Positions 26,230 to 39,876 of a DNA stretch of 64,000 nt are shown here, in pieces; positions within the stretch are counted from its first letter, which is position 1, and every line of letters begins with the position of its first letter. Origin of the DNA: Octopus sinensis (taxonomy: Eukaryota); NCBI RefSeq assembly GCF_006345805.1, contig NC_043004.1:57908001-57972000 (forward strand). The letters are read 5' to 3'. Below the pieces are notes generated by a model. It saw only the letters and a list, made by a program, of their open reading frames with translations. It was not told the DNA's origin and did no database searches. Both the position numbers and the translations under genes were made by a program.

Positions 26230-26463
26230 GGATTAACAGAATCATTTGCCCGCCGGACAACATGCTCAACGACATTTCTTCCAGCCTTGCATTCTAAGTT
26301 CAAATTCCTCCGAAATCAACTTTATCTTTCATCCTTTCAGGGACGATGAAAGAAGAGCCAGTCAAATAATGGAGTCAATGTAAATTCCAGACCTTGTACC
26401 TATAATAGAAAATATTAAACAGTAAATTCCAGATCTTGTGCCTATAGTAGAAAGGATTAAACA
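26230..26463 (+). mobile_element. Decayed family C SINE with 42-bp tail duplication
   Basis: AGTTCAAATTCC..CTTTCATCCTTTC core; GTAAATTCCAGA.CTTGT.CCTATA.TAGAAA repeated twice at 26380-26463. Confidence 0.65.
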
Positions 26464-26481
26464 AGAAAATGTCACGTTCCT

Positions 26482-26897
26482 AAGGCGGCGAGCTGGCAGA
26501 ATCGTTAGCGCGCCGGGCGAAATGCTATGTGGTTTTTCGTCTGCCGTTACGTTCTGAGTTCAAATTCCGCCGAGGTCGACTTTGCCTGTCATCCTTTCGG
26601 GGTCGATTAAATAAGTACCAGTTACGCACTGGGGTCGATGTAATCGACTTACTCCCTTTGTCTGTCCTTGTTTGTCCTCTCTGTGCTTAGCCCCTTGTGG
26701 GTAATAAAGAAATAGGTATTTAGTCTGCCGTTACGTTCTGAGATCAAATTCCACCGAGGTCGACTTTGCCTTTCATCCTTTCGGGATCGATAAATTAAGT
26801 ACCAGTTATGCACTGGGGTTGATGTAATCGACTTGATCCCTTTGTTTGTCCTTGTTTGTCCCCTCTATGTTTGGCACCTTGTGGGCAATAAAGAAAT
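26482..26897 (+). mobile_element. Dimeric SINE family C
   Basis: Junction at 26714/26715; 17-bp TSD AAGAAAATGTCACGTTC at 26463-26479 and 26898-26914. Confidence 0.92.
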
Positions 26898-27804
26898 AAG
26901 AAAATGTCACGTTCTTGTGCTGCCTAATTTTTATCGTTTCTCGGCTGTATTCTTGTGTTGCTTTTCCTTGTAAATTTTATTTTGACTTTTTTGTGATTTG
27001 CTTTTTTCTATTATTCCCTCCTTCACACCTCCACCACCACCACCACATTCCACCAGCAGATACGCTCACAAACAGCTCTACTCTAAACAAACAGCAACAT
27101 TTCAGTACTTGAAAGTGGAGCTACTCTGTATGCGTCCTTCCTTGGGGTTGTCTGTCGAGTTATACCATCAGATAAAACTTCATATTTCAAGGACAGAAGC
27201 CAAATAAGGGAGTCAAATGGTAATTGAACAGAGAGAGAGAAAGTGGAATGAAAGTGTGGGAGAGTAGTTATTACAGAGAGAAAAGGTGTGAGTGAGAGAT
27301 AGATGAGAGGAAAGGTGGAGAGAATGAGTGAGAGAGAGAGAGACAGTAAAGTGCTTACAGATGCTCTAAGTAAAATCGATAGAAATGTACTGTATATATT
27401 TTTGGAGGGGCGACAAGGAAGGTGCATGGAGCGCTGGGAGGTGTGTATTTTGTTCATTGTGTGCATTTGCGGAGTATTTATTATCTTGCCAACGATGTTG
27501 ATGCTCTTAGTAATATTGTTCTTTACGATGCATTTCTTGATGTGTTTGATGTTGTTGTCGTTGCTACTGCAATTACTGCTCTCAGTTATATAGTGATAGA
27601 AAAAGTTAAGGCAATGGTGAAAATGTAGTAGCGATGATGAGGTAGTATTCGTTATTCTGATGTTAGTAATGTTGGTATTAGAGATTGTAGTTAGTAGTAA
27701 CACTGATATAAATGAGAATTTAGTGGAGATGGTTCTGGTAAAATTACTGTGTTAGATTTCTTTTGCTTCTAGTTGGTCTGCAGGATACGAGAAATGGAGT
27801 TTGT

Positions 27805-28170
27805 AATTGTGGTGGTGGTAGTGGTGGTGGTGGTGGTGGTGGTGGTGGTGGTGATAGATTTAGAGTTTGAGGTGATGGCGCTGATGGACGTGAACTTAAT
27901 AATGGCTATGGCAATTAAACTGGTGGTGATGGCGGTGGTGGTGGTGGTAGTTGTGGTGAATGTTATGGCGGAGGTAGTGGTAATTGCGGAATTTGTGGTG
28001 ATAGTGTTGACGGTGATGTTAACGGTGGTGGCGACGGCACTGATGGTAGTGGAGTCGTCGGTGATAAACCCATTGCTGATGGCGATGGCGTTAACGATGG
28101 TGGTGGAGATAGCAGCGAGATTGGTGATGGAGTCGATGGTGCAGTTGATGATGTCGGTGAAGATAATCCA
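27805..28170. repeat. Degenerate (GTG/GAT)n trinucleotide low-complexity tract
   Basis: Runs of GGTGGT/GATGGC; produces the Val-rich spurious ORF. Confidence 0.8.
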
Positions 28171-28627
28171 TCGAACACATTTACAATTTGATCTATAATG
28201 CTATGCACTCATGTAACTAGATACCAAATAGAAAATAGATGTAAAAATGGAAACCTTGATACGTTATATTATAGTTATTATTCATTGTTTTTATTTTATT
28301 TTATTTTAGCATTGATTGTGATGTTCTTTATAAGTTTTACATTCTTCTTCATCTTCTTATTGTTATGCTGTAAATAGGTGATTCTGCGCGACAAAATGGT
28401 TTTGTAATAGAGTTACATTCATTGGCATTCTAATTTCAAATTCCGCAAACGTCGACTCTGCCTTTTACTGTTCTCGATCACTAAAATAACCAAATAGTGG
28501 TGTAGATATAATCGGTTATATAGGTATTTTCCTTCAAATAAAATTTGTGGCATGGGACCTTTTTTTTTTTTTTTTAGATGACTTTGATTTTCATTATTTT
28601 AAAAGAAACTATTATTATTAATTATGA

Positions 28628-28990
28628 AGACGGTGAGCTGGCAGAATCGTTAGCACGCCGGGCGAAATGCTTAGCGGTATTTCGTCTGCCGCTACATTCT
28701 GAGTTCAAATTCCGCCGAGGTCGACTTTGCCTTTCATCCTTTCGGGGTCGATTAAATAAGTACCAGTTACGCACTGGGGTCGATATAATCGACTTAATCC
28801 GTTTGTCTGCCCTTGTTTTTCCACTCTGTGCGTAGCCTCTTGTGGGCAGTAAAGAAATAAGAATCGTTAGCACGCCGGGAAAAATAGCGGCATTTCTGTT
28901 TACGTTCTGAATTCAAATTTCGGAATCGATAAAATTAATATCAGTGAAGCACTGGGTCAATGTAATCGACTTATCCTATCCCCCACGATT
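28628..28990 (+). mobile_element. Family C SINE followed by a decayed partial second unit
   Basis: GACGGTGAGCTGGCAGAATCGTTAGC...GTAAAGAAATA, then re-start at GAATCGTTAGC. Confidence 0.88.
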
Positions 28991-30014
28991 TCAGATCTTG
29001 AACCTTTAGTTGAAAGCATTATCTTCAGAGTGGTGGATGACGACAGCAGGATGGAGGAAAAACATTTTTCAGAACTTTCCTACCGAATTTTACTGTCGTA
29101 GACAATTTCCACAAGGCGTCACTCTACCTTTCATGCAACTGAGTATGATAAAACATATGCCAATCAAGATTTTAATAGGAAAGACTTCTTCAGTGAATTA
29201 CATTTCCATGTAAAATACATGTCTATGTTTCATTGATACAAAATATCATTATAACTATTCTATTTGCCATACTTCACTGCCAAACCTATTCACTAATTTT
29301 AAGGCAGAGTTTGTTCTTTTGTTAATTTCTTTTCTTGCGTTTGTTAGAAACCTTTCTCCTTATATTATTGACGTAGGTTTGCCTGATAGTCCTTGCGTCT
29401 AGATGTCATATCTGATATTATATTTGCATATCACATTTTTCTGCTAATATATACAACCGCTTTTCTCTGAGAAGAAGCCATACCAACATGGAAGACATGT
29501 CTTGTTGTCCTTCATAAATTATATTTATTCATATGCATTTGCATACCTCAGATTATCACACTGTTTTCATTCAACAAAAACTGCTGTCTTAGAGGTAACT
29601 ACCGTACATTTCTCATACTGAGACCAATAATTTTCATGTATTCGCGTCTTAGATTAGTTAAAATTGTGACTTACTTCCAAAACTGACAGAATAATCCTTT
29701 TAGGTCATGGCCTAGTGGTGATCATGGTGCACCCTACTTGTGATTTACCTTAATGGATATTTTCCTGTAGCCCTGGGTCTAACAAGTCAGAAAATTGATG
29801 TTACCAGAAAAAAACTTGGGATGAAAAATACCCGCCATGGATCTTTTGACCACGCCCACTTTTACATCAGGGTATGGAAAATTCAAACAGCTCTAACTTT
29901 GCAACTCTTCGCCAAAATATTTCAAATGACCACTTAAAAGGATTACCTGGTCAAGATCTACAAGTTTATGGAAAAATTCGGGTAAAGAACGAGCCAAATT
30001 CTCTTTCATCAGTC

Positions 30015-30185
30015 AACTGTCATAGTTAGCACTGACATGTACAAGGAAGACTGTAAAAGGGGTGGAACGAAACGCACGAGTTGCTGGAGATAAATTCATC
30101 CTGAGTTGTGAGAAAACAAAGCGTCCGAAAGACTGGAAAGTCTCTCTTGCAAATGATGAGAACAAGACACAGTTCATCCTGTGAG
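30015..30185 (+). mobile_element. Probable Academ-type (XPG/PIN nuclease) DNA transposon fragment
   Basis: With one frameshift reads VIVSTDMYKED.VKGVERNARVAGDKFILSCEKTKRPKDWKVSLANDENKTQFI. This resembles, from memory, the P.DW..FL.N..NK.QLI motif of that protein family. Confidence 0.45.
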
Positions 30186-30724
30186 CTAAGTTAAATTCTC
30201 TCGTTTATAATCCTGCTACTAAGAGCATGCCAGATATATTCCTTAATATTAGCTCTTTCGTTCATTTTGATATGATTTATACGCGCCACATTAATCTTCG
30301 TATATCTGTACACCACTTTGTTCCTTAAACTTTTGATGGGGATGGGGTGGCGCAGTTTCCTTATTTGTTTAATCTATGATTGTTTTTAGTTCACTCTAGC
30401 ATCGAAAATGTTCGAAACAGCGTCAAGTTTCTTGTCATGCTTATAGATTAACTTGAAGATTTTGTCCAAACTAAACTGTGGAATTTAGGGCTGAACCTAT
30501 CTGTGGAAAATAATAACAACCTTCTTCCCCGGAATATTCGATTTCTGATATAAATCATCCGTAATTACAACTCTTTGATTGGTATTTCATATATACATAA
30601 TACACATACACAAACACACACACACACACAATACTACATTTCAGGAATGCTAGCATTATGTAAATTCTCATTTTTCTCTCTGAAGTATTTTAGTAGACAG
30701 TTATTTATTACAGTTATTTATTAT

Positions 30725-31124
30725 AGGCGCAGGAGTGGTTGTGTGGTAAGTAGCTTGTCTACCAACCGCATGGTTCCGGGTTCAGTCCCACTGCGTGGCA
30801 CCTTGGGTGAGTGTCTTCTACTATAGCTTCGGGCCAACCATTGCCTTGTGAGTGGATTTGGTAGACGGAAACTGAAAGAAGCCCGTCGTATATATATATG
30901 CGTGTGGGTGTTTGTGTGTCTGTGTTTGTCCCCTAGCATTGCTTGACAACCGATGCTGGTGTGTTTATGTCCCCGTCACTTAGCGGTTCGGCAAAAGAGA
31001 CCGATAGAATAAGTACTGGGCTTACAAAAGAATAAGTCCCGCGGTCGAGTTGCTCGATTAAAGGCGGTGCTCCAGCATGGCCGCAGTCAAATGACTGAAA
31101 CAAGTAAAAGAGTAAAAGAGTAAA
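30725..31124 (+). mobile_element. SINE family A, full length
   Basis: GGCGCAGGAGTGG...CAAGTAAAAGAGTAAAAGAG. Confidence 0.92.
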
Positions 31125-31829
31125 GCAAATCATAACATCCTTCAAGCGCTTGTTTAAAGACTTTACTACAGCATCTTAGTTATATTATTAATACCACCGT
31201 CTTACACAGAGTAAGAAACCATATACTTAGCATATGACTACAAGAATCACTTTCAAATTTTTGGATCTTATGTTTTGTTGTGTCATCCAAGTTGGTAACC
31301 AGGGTAGAATCCGTATTATCTTATTAAAGCTTAACGTCTACGAGGAGTGTATCCCCGTGTGCGCGCACGTGTATGAGTGTTTTACCTGGACGTTTCCAAA
31401 TCTCTCTTTTCCAGGCGTCTACCATTTATTATTCTCCACTGTCTATTATTTTACATCTTCAGCAATGATATCCGCTAATCCCTGTTATAGTACATGGTTC
31501 AATTTTTCTTTTGCTTTGTGGGTGTAGATTATTTCACTTTATCGCCATTTTTCAGATTTTTTGGTTTTTGTTCTTTGGTTATTGTACTTAAAACTTTTCC
31601 AGATATTTTTCTTCTACAGAATCTAATACACTCATCGTATGTTACTTAATTCTCGGCGAAGTATTTTCTTAATCTGCTTGAGAATATTACATTCTTTTAA
31701 ATATCTTCGATATCTTCGGAATTATTTGCTATATTATTCTTTCAAACCAAGACGGACACCATGATTTGGTTTTGAACTAGCCAGTTAAGGATTTCTCTAA
31801 TGCTTCTTTGAGATGTTGTTCATCTTGAT

Positions 31830-31892
<63 letters not shown>

Positions 31893-31989
31893 TTACAAAT
31901 ATTCTTTTTCAGAAATATTGTCCACCACGTAGCAGATATGTGCGTGTTTGACAGAAACTGTTCACTGTATATTTGTAGGGTTTTCTCCA

Positions 31990-32080
<91 letters not shown>

Positions 32081-32082
32081 TA

Positions 32083-32172
<90 letters not shown>

Positions 32173-32564
32173 GAGAGAGAGAAAGAATAATATACATAGA
32201 ATCAAATACACACACACACATATATATATATACGTGTGGGTGTGTATATGTTTGTATGATACAGATCGAAAAATAGATAGATCAGTAGATGCTGACCTGT
32301 TCTGAATTCACAGGAGCCTACGCACCCTAGAATCAAGATATCCGGTTTCAGACAACCATTCTTCTCCTGGTGCAGGATGACGTGTTAACATTTGGAAATA
32401 AATATTGACATCTGAGTCAATCATATTATCAATTGCAAACATTTTTATACGTGTCAGATAAACGTTCAGCTTTCACTAGAAATGTTAAAGGAATAGATGC
32501 ATCCGTGTGTTTATGTATGAGTCTATGTATATTCATACAAACGTAAATGCATTTATATATTTTT

Positions 32565-32805
32565 TATGCGCCATTTTCAAGCCTAGCCAAGCTCATGGGC
32601 CCGATTTTCCGGTTTCTGTGGCGTATGTGCCCCCCCCCCAGTTGGACAGGACGCCAGTCCATCGCAGCGTTACCCAAGAAACAGGAAGAAACTACCCCCT
32701 GTCGGAGCCTCGTGGAGCTTTAGGTGTTTTCGCTCAATAAACACACACAACGCCCGGTCTGGGAATCGAAACTGCGAGTCCGCTGCCCTAACCACTGGGC
32801 CATTG
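32565..32805 (-). mobile_element. SINE, head B (deleted) + tail Y
   Basis: Same modules as 25809 and 44294. Confidence 0.85.
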
Positions 32806-33046
32806 AAATAAATGCGCCCTTTTAAAGCCTAGCCAGGGTCATGTACCCGGTTTCCCGGTTTCAACGGCGTATGTGTTCCCCAGCTGGACGGGACGCCAGT
32901 CCATCGCAGCGTTACTCATTTTTGTCAGCTGAGTGGACTGGAGCAACGTGAAATGAAGTGTTTTGCTCAAGAACACAACGCTTCGCCCGGTCCAGGAATC
33001 GAAACCACAATCTTACGATCATGATGCTGACACCCTAACCACTAAG

Positions 33047-33047
<1 letters not shown>
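32806..33047 (-). mobile_element. SINE, tRNA + CORE-like head + tail Y
   Basis: Minus strand GTGTTCTTGAGCAAAACACTTCATTTCACGTTGCTCCAGTCCACTCAGCTG (CORE-like), then TGAGTAACGCTGCGATGGACTGG. Confidence 0.85.
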
Positions 33048-33092
<45 letters not shown>

Positions 33093-34039
33093 CACGTGCG
33101 CACATATGTAATATGCAATCTTTATTTGTTTGTTTTGTTTGTCTATGAGCGATTGCATATTCTAATTAGGAATTCTCCTATATAAGAATATAACATGTTA
33201 AACATATTCATTCTCTCTACTTTACTTTCTCTCTCGCCTCTTCTCTCCTCACACCCCTCTCTCCCTCTCGCTCTTACACCTTCTCCTCTTCCTACACACC
33301 TCTTAGACTTCATTGTTTCTTCTGTCCTCTGAAGAGGTTAATAAGTAAAATCTCCATAGAGTTACTATACAGTGAAGTAACTAAAAAATACAACACGAGA
33401 ATTTTTAAACATGTTATTGACTGACGGTGATTGAACCATAATGCATAACGTACAATACAGGACAATACATAAGCGAATATCCAATTGTGCAGTTCTATAG
33501 AAAGGGAAACTATATTTCACCCAATAACATCCTTAATTACAATAACTCATTTTGACAACTGAAAACTTACAGCTGATATAACATGGAAATTTATTCTGTA
33601 CATCATTTCCCTCGGTTTTTGTAATAAATGTAAACATACCCTTAATATCCATTTCGTAAATATACGTGCTTTTTGTTCTTTTGTTTGTTTCTTTGAGATT
33701 TTTTTTCAGTGAAGTTGTGAGATAATCAATGCGCATTTTCCTCTGAGAATTTTTTTTTTATAACGTAAATTAATTTTAGCAATAATGATCTCACTTTTTA
33801 ATCAATGAATAGAGTTGGATTCCTGTGCTCTTCCATAGCAAATTTATGTAAATACATTTTGTAAATGTTATATACTTAGGCGATTTGCACGTAGGCATAG
33901 TGTGCCTGTGCGTTTGTTGCTAACGCGAGTATATTGTTAGTGTACTCATATATGAATGTCGGGATTAATTGTGAATCTCTTCAATTGTGTGTTTAGCCGC
34001 ATTATATTTTATTTATCGACTTACATATCATTTAGCAGT

Positions 34040-34410
34040 TATCTTTTCCCTGTTCCACTCATTGAACTGTGGCCATGCTGTCACCCTACCCTTTGAAGGG
34101 TTCAATCGAAAAAATTGCCCCCAGTGATTATTTTTTTTTTAAATCCTGGTCCTTATTCTGTCCTTTTCTGTTACCGAACCACAACGTTACAGGGACGTAA
34201 ACAAGCGAACACCGGTTGACAAAGGGTGGAGGTACAACCATAAAGACACATGCATACACACATACGACGGGTTTCCACACAGTTTCCATCTACCAAATTC
34301 ACTTACAAAGCATTGGTTGGCTCGGGGCGATGGCAGAAGACTTTACCCAAAGAGCTGCGCAGTGGAACTCAACGTAAAACCAAGCGCTTGCCAAACAAGC
34401 TTCGAAACCA
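34040..34410 (-). mobile_element. Decayed SINE family A
   Basis: GGCCATGCTG, GGGACGTAAAC, GTTTCCATCTACCAAATTCACT, CAGTGGAACTC recognisable. Confidence 0.75.
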
Positions 34411-34633
34411 CACAGTCAAGCAAACTAAATATCAGATGATTTAAATGATGGGATTATATTTGACGAAGGTCACCCCGCTCTTTAGTGTTATATAGCAAAG
34501 AAGAAATTTCGCGATGCCATCAACTCATCTTCAACTAAAACCACTCGAGCATGATGTGTATTGTGCGAAAGCTAATAATTAAAACCTAAGAACGGAATCG
34601 TTCCTTTTCTTCTGTCTTTTTTATTATTACAAG

Positions 34634-34670
34634 TGTGTAAGAATCTGAGAATTCCAATGTGCAGAGAAAA
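34634..34670 (+). CDS. Candidate small exon (xCKNLRIPMCRE)
   Basis: Long pyrimidine tract then ACAAG| acceptor; AA|GTAATT donor; open in phase 1. Inference only. Confidence 0.25.
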
Positions 34671-34924
34671 GTAATTAATCTTAAATTTTCGAAAACCATA
34701 GCTATGCACGCAATCACACGAAACATCATTTATTAAAATATTTCGATACATTAATTAATTAGATAGTTAAAAATGTTTTAAATACAGAAGCACCAAAGTG
34801 GCTACAAAATATGTTTTGAATGTAATGAAACTTTAAAGCTTTCATCTTAATGAAAAGATTGGTTCTACTTTACTTTGCAAAATTATGAGGTGTTAGATGG
34901 CGCCAATAATTATTTATAATATCT

Positions 34925-35149
34925 TATCGTTTATCTTTTACCTGTTTCAATCAGTTGAACACCGGCCATGCTGTAGTGGTATGTAGAAAGATCAAGTCGA
35001 ACAAATCAACCACATTACATTTTTTTTTTTAAGTGTGGCTCTTATTCTACCATTCTGCTTATTTAAAGAGAGGTGAACAAAGCAATACCGGCTGGCAAGC
35101 GGCGATGGGAGACAAACAAACGCAAACACACACACACATACACACACAC

Positions 35150-35209
<60 letters not shown>

Positions 35210-35350
35210 CGGCTTTCGCTGTATTTCCATCTACCAAATTCACTTACAAGCATTATTCGACCCGGACTGTAGCAGAAGACACTAGCCCAAGTTACTGCAA
35301 AGTGGGAGCGAACTCAAAACCACTGGGTTACAAAGCGAGCTTTTTAAGCC
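34925..35350 (-). mobile_element. Decayed SINE family A
   Basis: TTTACCTGTTTCAATC..GGCCATGCTG..CTTATTCTACC..TTTCCATCTACCAAATTCAC..GCAGAAGACACT. Confidence 0.75.
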
Positions 35351-36317
35351 ATTCTTGCATCGAATGTTCAAACAACAAATTTATTCGCATAGGTAAGGCG
35401 CAAAAAAAAAGAAAGATAAAGAATAAATTTGCAAAGCAGAATACTTTTCGATATCTACGTAGCGGTTTTGAAATTCCAAAACGGATTAGCCATTAAATTT
35501 GGATATCCGGTTTTAAATTAACTAAGTCGAATTTGTCAGGAATTTTAACTGGTATCACATCAAAACAAGTTTTACATATTTTTCATTTAATCTGAAAGCA
35601 TCTTTTGAAATTAATCTAAAAGATTAGAACAATTTGGAAAAATGAACCATGCGAGTATTTTTCAGCTGCGTTTTCGTAAGGTAATATAGGTAAAAAGAAA
35701 CATAAGCTAATTCAGTCCCAGTAATTTCAAGTTAAGAACTTTGATTTCGCTACTAAACTTCATAAAAAGTAAACAAATCATGAAACCGATGTTTCGTTCT
35801 GTCCTTCCATAGTGAATAAGCTTTAACCACTACTAAGAGCTCGCTTCATCTTTCTGCTCATAAACATCTTAGAGCATGCGCGCTTTGCTTAGCAAGTAAA
35901 TATTATAGTGTCACAATAAATCAATAAATTCTGCTTCAAAGTTTTGCAAAATTTCTTCAACTTTTCTGCTATTCATTCCTATATTTTTATGAAGTTTAAT
36001 ACATTTGGAGACAGCTTTATTCACGTTTATTCTTATACAAGGATCACGTATATGTCATTTTCCCACATATATAGAATATATGAAATCAATATTGTAAACT
36101 GCTTAAAAGTAACCATTTCTGTAATAACTTGTGTTAATAGAATTATAAAACAATGACAAGGTATCCGATTCAAACTAATGGCTCTCAAGTACTTTTTTTA
36201 ATAAAACAACAAGATCCTTTTGATACCTTACCAAATGAAAGCCATTTTAAACGGAAACTCCGTTTAAATTTTTTCATATTCTTTATGCTTAAAAATGGAG
36301 TTTTGACTATAGTATTG

Positions 36318-36348
<31 letters not shown>

Positions 36349-36351
<3 letters not shown>

Positions 36352-36549
36352 AGAGTTTACGAAAAAAACAAAAGACGAAGACAGGTGGTGTACGAAACAA
36401 ACAGATGTATTAGTATAACGCTCAGGAATAGAAAAAGTCTTTTACGTTTCGAGCCTACGCTCTTCTACAGAAAGGGACACAGAAAAAACAAAGAGAGAAA
36501 AAAGGAAAGAAAAATATGTGTGTAGTGGCTAACAATCTATCATGGCGAC
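36349..36549 (-). mobile_element. Family E repeat, full length, with hammerhead-like motif at 36438-36475
   Basis: Minus strand CTTT-CTGTAGA-A-GAGC-GTAG-GCTC-GAAAC-GTA-AAAG; flanked by TA repeats. Confidence 0.78.
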
Positions 36550-37044
36550 TATATATATATATACAGAGAGAGAGAGAGAGAGAGAGAAATTGTAACAGAG
36601 TCTTTCTTAATAATAAGCGCACTCTTTCTATATAGGTCAATGAAAAAAAATTTCACCTGTCCATTTTTCAAAGAAGAATACAAAATACTACCGGTAACAC
36701 TCTTCTTATATATTATATATTAATACGAGTCATTGCACAGGGGTTTAGTAGTACTCACACTAAAATATTGATTTTAAAAGCTTTAACAGATATAGTTATA
36801 TGAATCATAGATGTTGACAGCATATAAGCATTCAAAGTAATTCCATTTTATTTCTCACGCAACCGCACCAGTATTAATAATAAATAAGATAGAATGAATT
36901 ACATAAAAATATGGGTAGTATTGTCAATGCTTGTAGGTTGTAATAGCACTGTTATTCTACGTCATGAATTCGAACGTATTCTGACTCATGATTAATATGC
37001 CAAGACAAGCGTTCATACTTTATGGGGTATGAAATGTAATTTTT

Positions 37045-37417
37045 GTTGGAGTGGTTGTCTGGTAAGAAGCTTGCTTCTCAACCACATGGTTGCAGGTTCA
37101 TTTCCACAGCGTGGAACCTTGAGCAAGTGTCTTCTACTATAACCTCGGGCAGACCAAAGTCTTGAGAGTGGATTTGGTAGACGGAAACTGAAAGAATCCC
37201 GGCGTATATATATATATATATATTTAAAGCTTTAAACCATCTGTTATGTCGATTATACATTGATGTAAGAATAGGTTGTTGTATAAAGTTTGAAACACGG
37301 GTACCGCGACATCCTTTGTGTTCTGTTTTTTATTTCATTTGATGCATATACCCTCTCACCTTTGCTACTAGCTGGCATATACAGATGCTTACACTTATCA
37401 AGTATTCACCCTGAATT

Positions 37418-37496
<79 letters not shown>

Positions 37497-37648
37497 CCGT
37501 GCTGGTCCCCACCATTGCTTAGCAACTGATGTTGATGTGTTTACGTCCTAGTAACGAAGCGGCTCGGCTAAAGAGACCGACAGAATAAGTACTAGGCTTA
37601 CAAAGAATAAGTTCTTGGGGTCGACTGAAACAAGTAAAAGAATAAAAG
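37045..37648 (+). mobile_element. SINE family A head (37045-37207) and tail (37495-37648) separated by about 290 bp of other sequence
   Basis: Both parts match family A; one interrupted copy or two fragments. Confidence 0.7.
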
Positions 37649-37972
37649 GAAACTGTTTTGGTCTTAAGCATTTCATATTTGCCTTTGAATAAATGAGGAC
37701 TAAGCAAATCATGGGTTATCCACGCCTGGATTAAAATGATGTCGAAATTCAATGGGGATTGAATTTGATTTGTTAATGGGGAGAGGCATCAGGTAAAGTG
37801 TGCGTAATATAGTGTCCAGTGTACTGAGGCGTCAACGAGTATTGATACATTATGGGTTTTCATGTTTCTTTAAGGTTAAGAGCATAGTCATACACACACG
37901 CACACACGCACACACTCACACACACACGCGCGCGCGCGCGCGCGGACACACACACACACACACTCGTATATA

Positions 37973-38265
37973 TCTGGCACTCCGTCGCTAACGATGACGA
38001 GGGTCTCAAATGATCTGATCAACGGAACAGCCTGCTCGTGAAATTAACGTGCAAGTGGGTGAGTACTCCACAGACACGTGTAACCTTAACGTAGTTCTCA
38101 GGGAGATTCTGCGTGATACAGAATGTGACAAGCCGGCCCTTTTGGAATACAGGTACAACTCAGTTTTGCCAGCGGAGTGGACTGAAGCAAATTGAAATAG
38201 AGTGTCCTGCTGAAGGTCACAGCGTATCGCCGGGAATTGAACTCACAAGCTTACGATTGTGAGCC
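37973..38265 (-). mobile_element. SINE, tRNA + CORE-like head + tail X
   Basis: Minus strand GTGACCTTCAGCAGGACACTCTATTTCAATTTGCTTCAGTCCACTCCGCTGGCAAAAC, then TGAGTTGTACCTGTATTCC...GACGGAGTGCC. Confidence 0.82.
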
Positions 38266-38287
38266 GAATACATACTTACATATTTTA

Positions 38288-38521
38288 AGGCGGCGAGCTG
38301 GCCGAATCGTTAGCACGCCGAGCGAAATGCGTACCCGTATTTCGACTGCCGTTACGTTCTGAGTTCAAATTCCGCCGAGGTCGACTTTGCCTTTCATCCT
38401 TTCGGGGTCGATAAATTAAGTACCAGTTACGCACTGGGGTCGATGTAATCGACTTAATCTGTTTTTTCTGTCCTTGTTTGTCCCCTCTGTGTTTAGCCTC
38501 TTGTGGGTAGTAAAGAAATAG
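38288..38521 (+). mobile_element. SINE family C monomer, full length
   Basis: GGCGGCGAGCTGG...GTAAAGAAATA; TSD GAATACATACTTACATAT. Confidence 0.92.
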
Positions 38522-38539
38522 AATACATACTTACATATA

Positions 38540-38943
38540 TACTCTTTTACTTGTTTCAGTTATGCGACTGTGGTCATGCTGGAGCACCGCCTTTTAGTCG
38601 AGCAAATTGACCCCAGGACTTATTCTCTGTAAGCCTAGTACTTATTCTATCGGTCTCTTTTGCCGAACCGCTAAGTTACGGTGACGTAAACACACCAGCA
38701 TTGGTTGTCAAACGATGTTGGGGGGACAAACACACACACACACACAAACATATACACACATATATATATACATATATACGACAGGATTCTTTCAATTTCC
38801 GTCTACCAAATCCACTCACAAGGCTTTGGTTGGCCCGAGGCTATAGTAGAAGACACTTGCCCAAGGTGCCACTCAGTGGGACTGAACCCGGAACCGTGTG
38901 GCTGGTAAGCAAGCTACTTACCACACAGCCACTCCTACGCCTA
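38540..38943 (-). mobile_element. SINE family A, full length
   Basis: Reverse complement of the family A consensus. Confidence 0.9.
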
Positions 38944-39065
38944 ATATATATATATATATATAGATATGTAGTATGTATGTATGTGTATATATATAGCTGC
39001 TATTTCTAATGAGTTCAGTATGCGGCAAAGTAATTTATTTTACTAAGCCCTTTTATATAATGTAA

Positions 39066-39103
<38 letters not shown>

Positions 39104-39701
39104 GCAGTATTCAATATTTTACCCAAAAAGAAAACTATAATTGTCACTAAACATGACTAGGGTGTTACAAACACCTACATTGCTAGAAATATGACCTAAA
39201 ATGCTCTAATGCTATAGTCATAACACATAATACGTATTAAAAGTGAGAATTAGACAGATACGTATACGCGGTAGCAACGAAATTAAGGAGTGAATATTTA
39301 ATAGTGAATAGGAGAAATCAAATTTTTAAATAAATTTTATTACTTCGCAGGTGTCTAAATTTCTTGATGACAGAACTCAGCACTATTCTCTCAAACAGCA
39401 TTCACAATAAAATTAACACTCTGCCATTAAAGAAGCCTACGACAACGAATATTTTAAGTTCCGTTTGAAAATGTATTGATCTCTGTCTAACTACTGATCA
39501 TTCTCTTAACTCATAGACATACACATTCACAAGCGCTCAAACATATAAACACACACACATACTTGCACACACTCAAATACACACATATCGACTGAAGACT
39601 TTTTTATGTATGGGTTCAATATAACTGAGAAACACGTGTTAAATGCATAATATCATCCTTTCTCTCACTCTTTCTCTCTCTCTTTCTTTTTATATACATA
39701 C

Positions 39702-39729
<28 letters not shown>

Positions 39730-39734
<5 letters not shown>

Positions 39735-39876
39735 ATAAATATGAGAGAGTGACCACTATGTGGTTAACTCTAATGCTAAAAATAGCTCCGTTACTGGTAG
39801 CCCCGTTACCAGTAACGGAGCTATTTTTAGCACTAGTGTTAACCACATAGTGGTCACTCTCTCATATTTATATATA
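39730..39876. mobile_element. Short fold-back element (about 70-bp arms, 7-nt loop)
   Basis: ATATGAGAGAGTGACCACTATGTGGTTAAC...GTTACTGGTA-GCCCCGT-TACCAGTAAC...GTTAACCACATAGTGGTCACTCTCTCATAT. Confidence 0.88.

Noticed and set aside
27083-28208. 206-aa and 141-aa ORFs (Thr/Ile- and Val-rich)
   Set aside because: Products of low-complexity trinucleotide and purine-rich repeats; no domain signature.
29200-29560. Possible minus-strand GIY-YIG trace
   Set aside because: Only a vague VVYI-like match in broken frames; not supportable.
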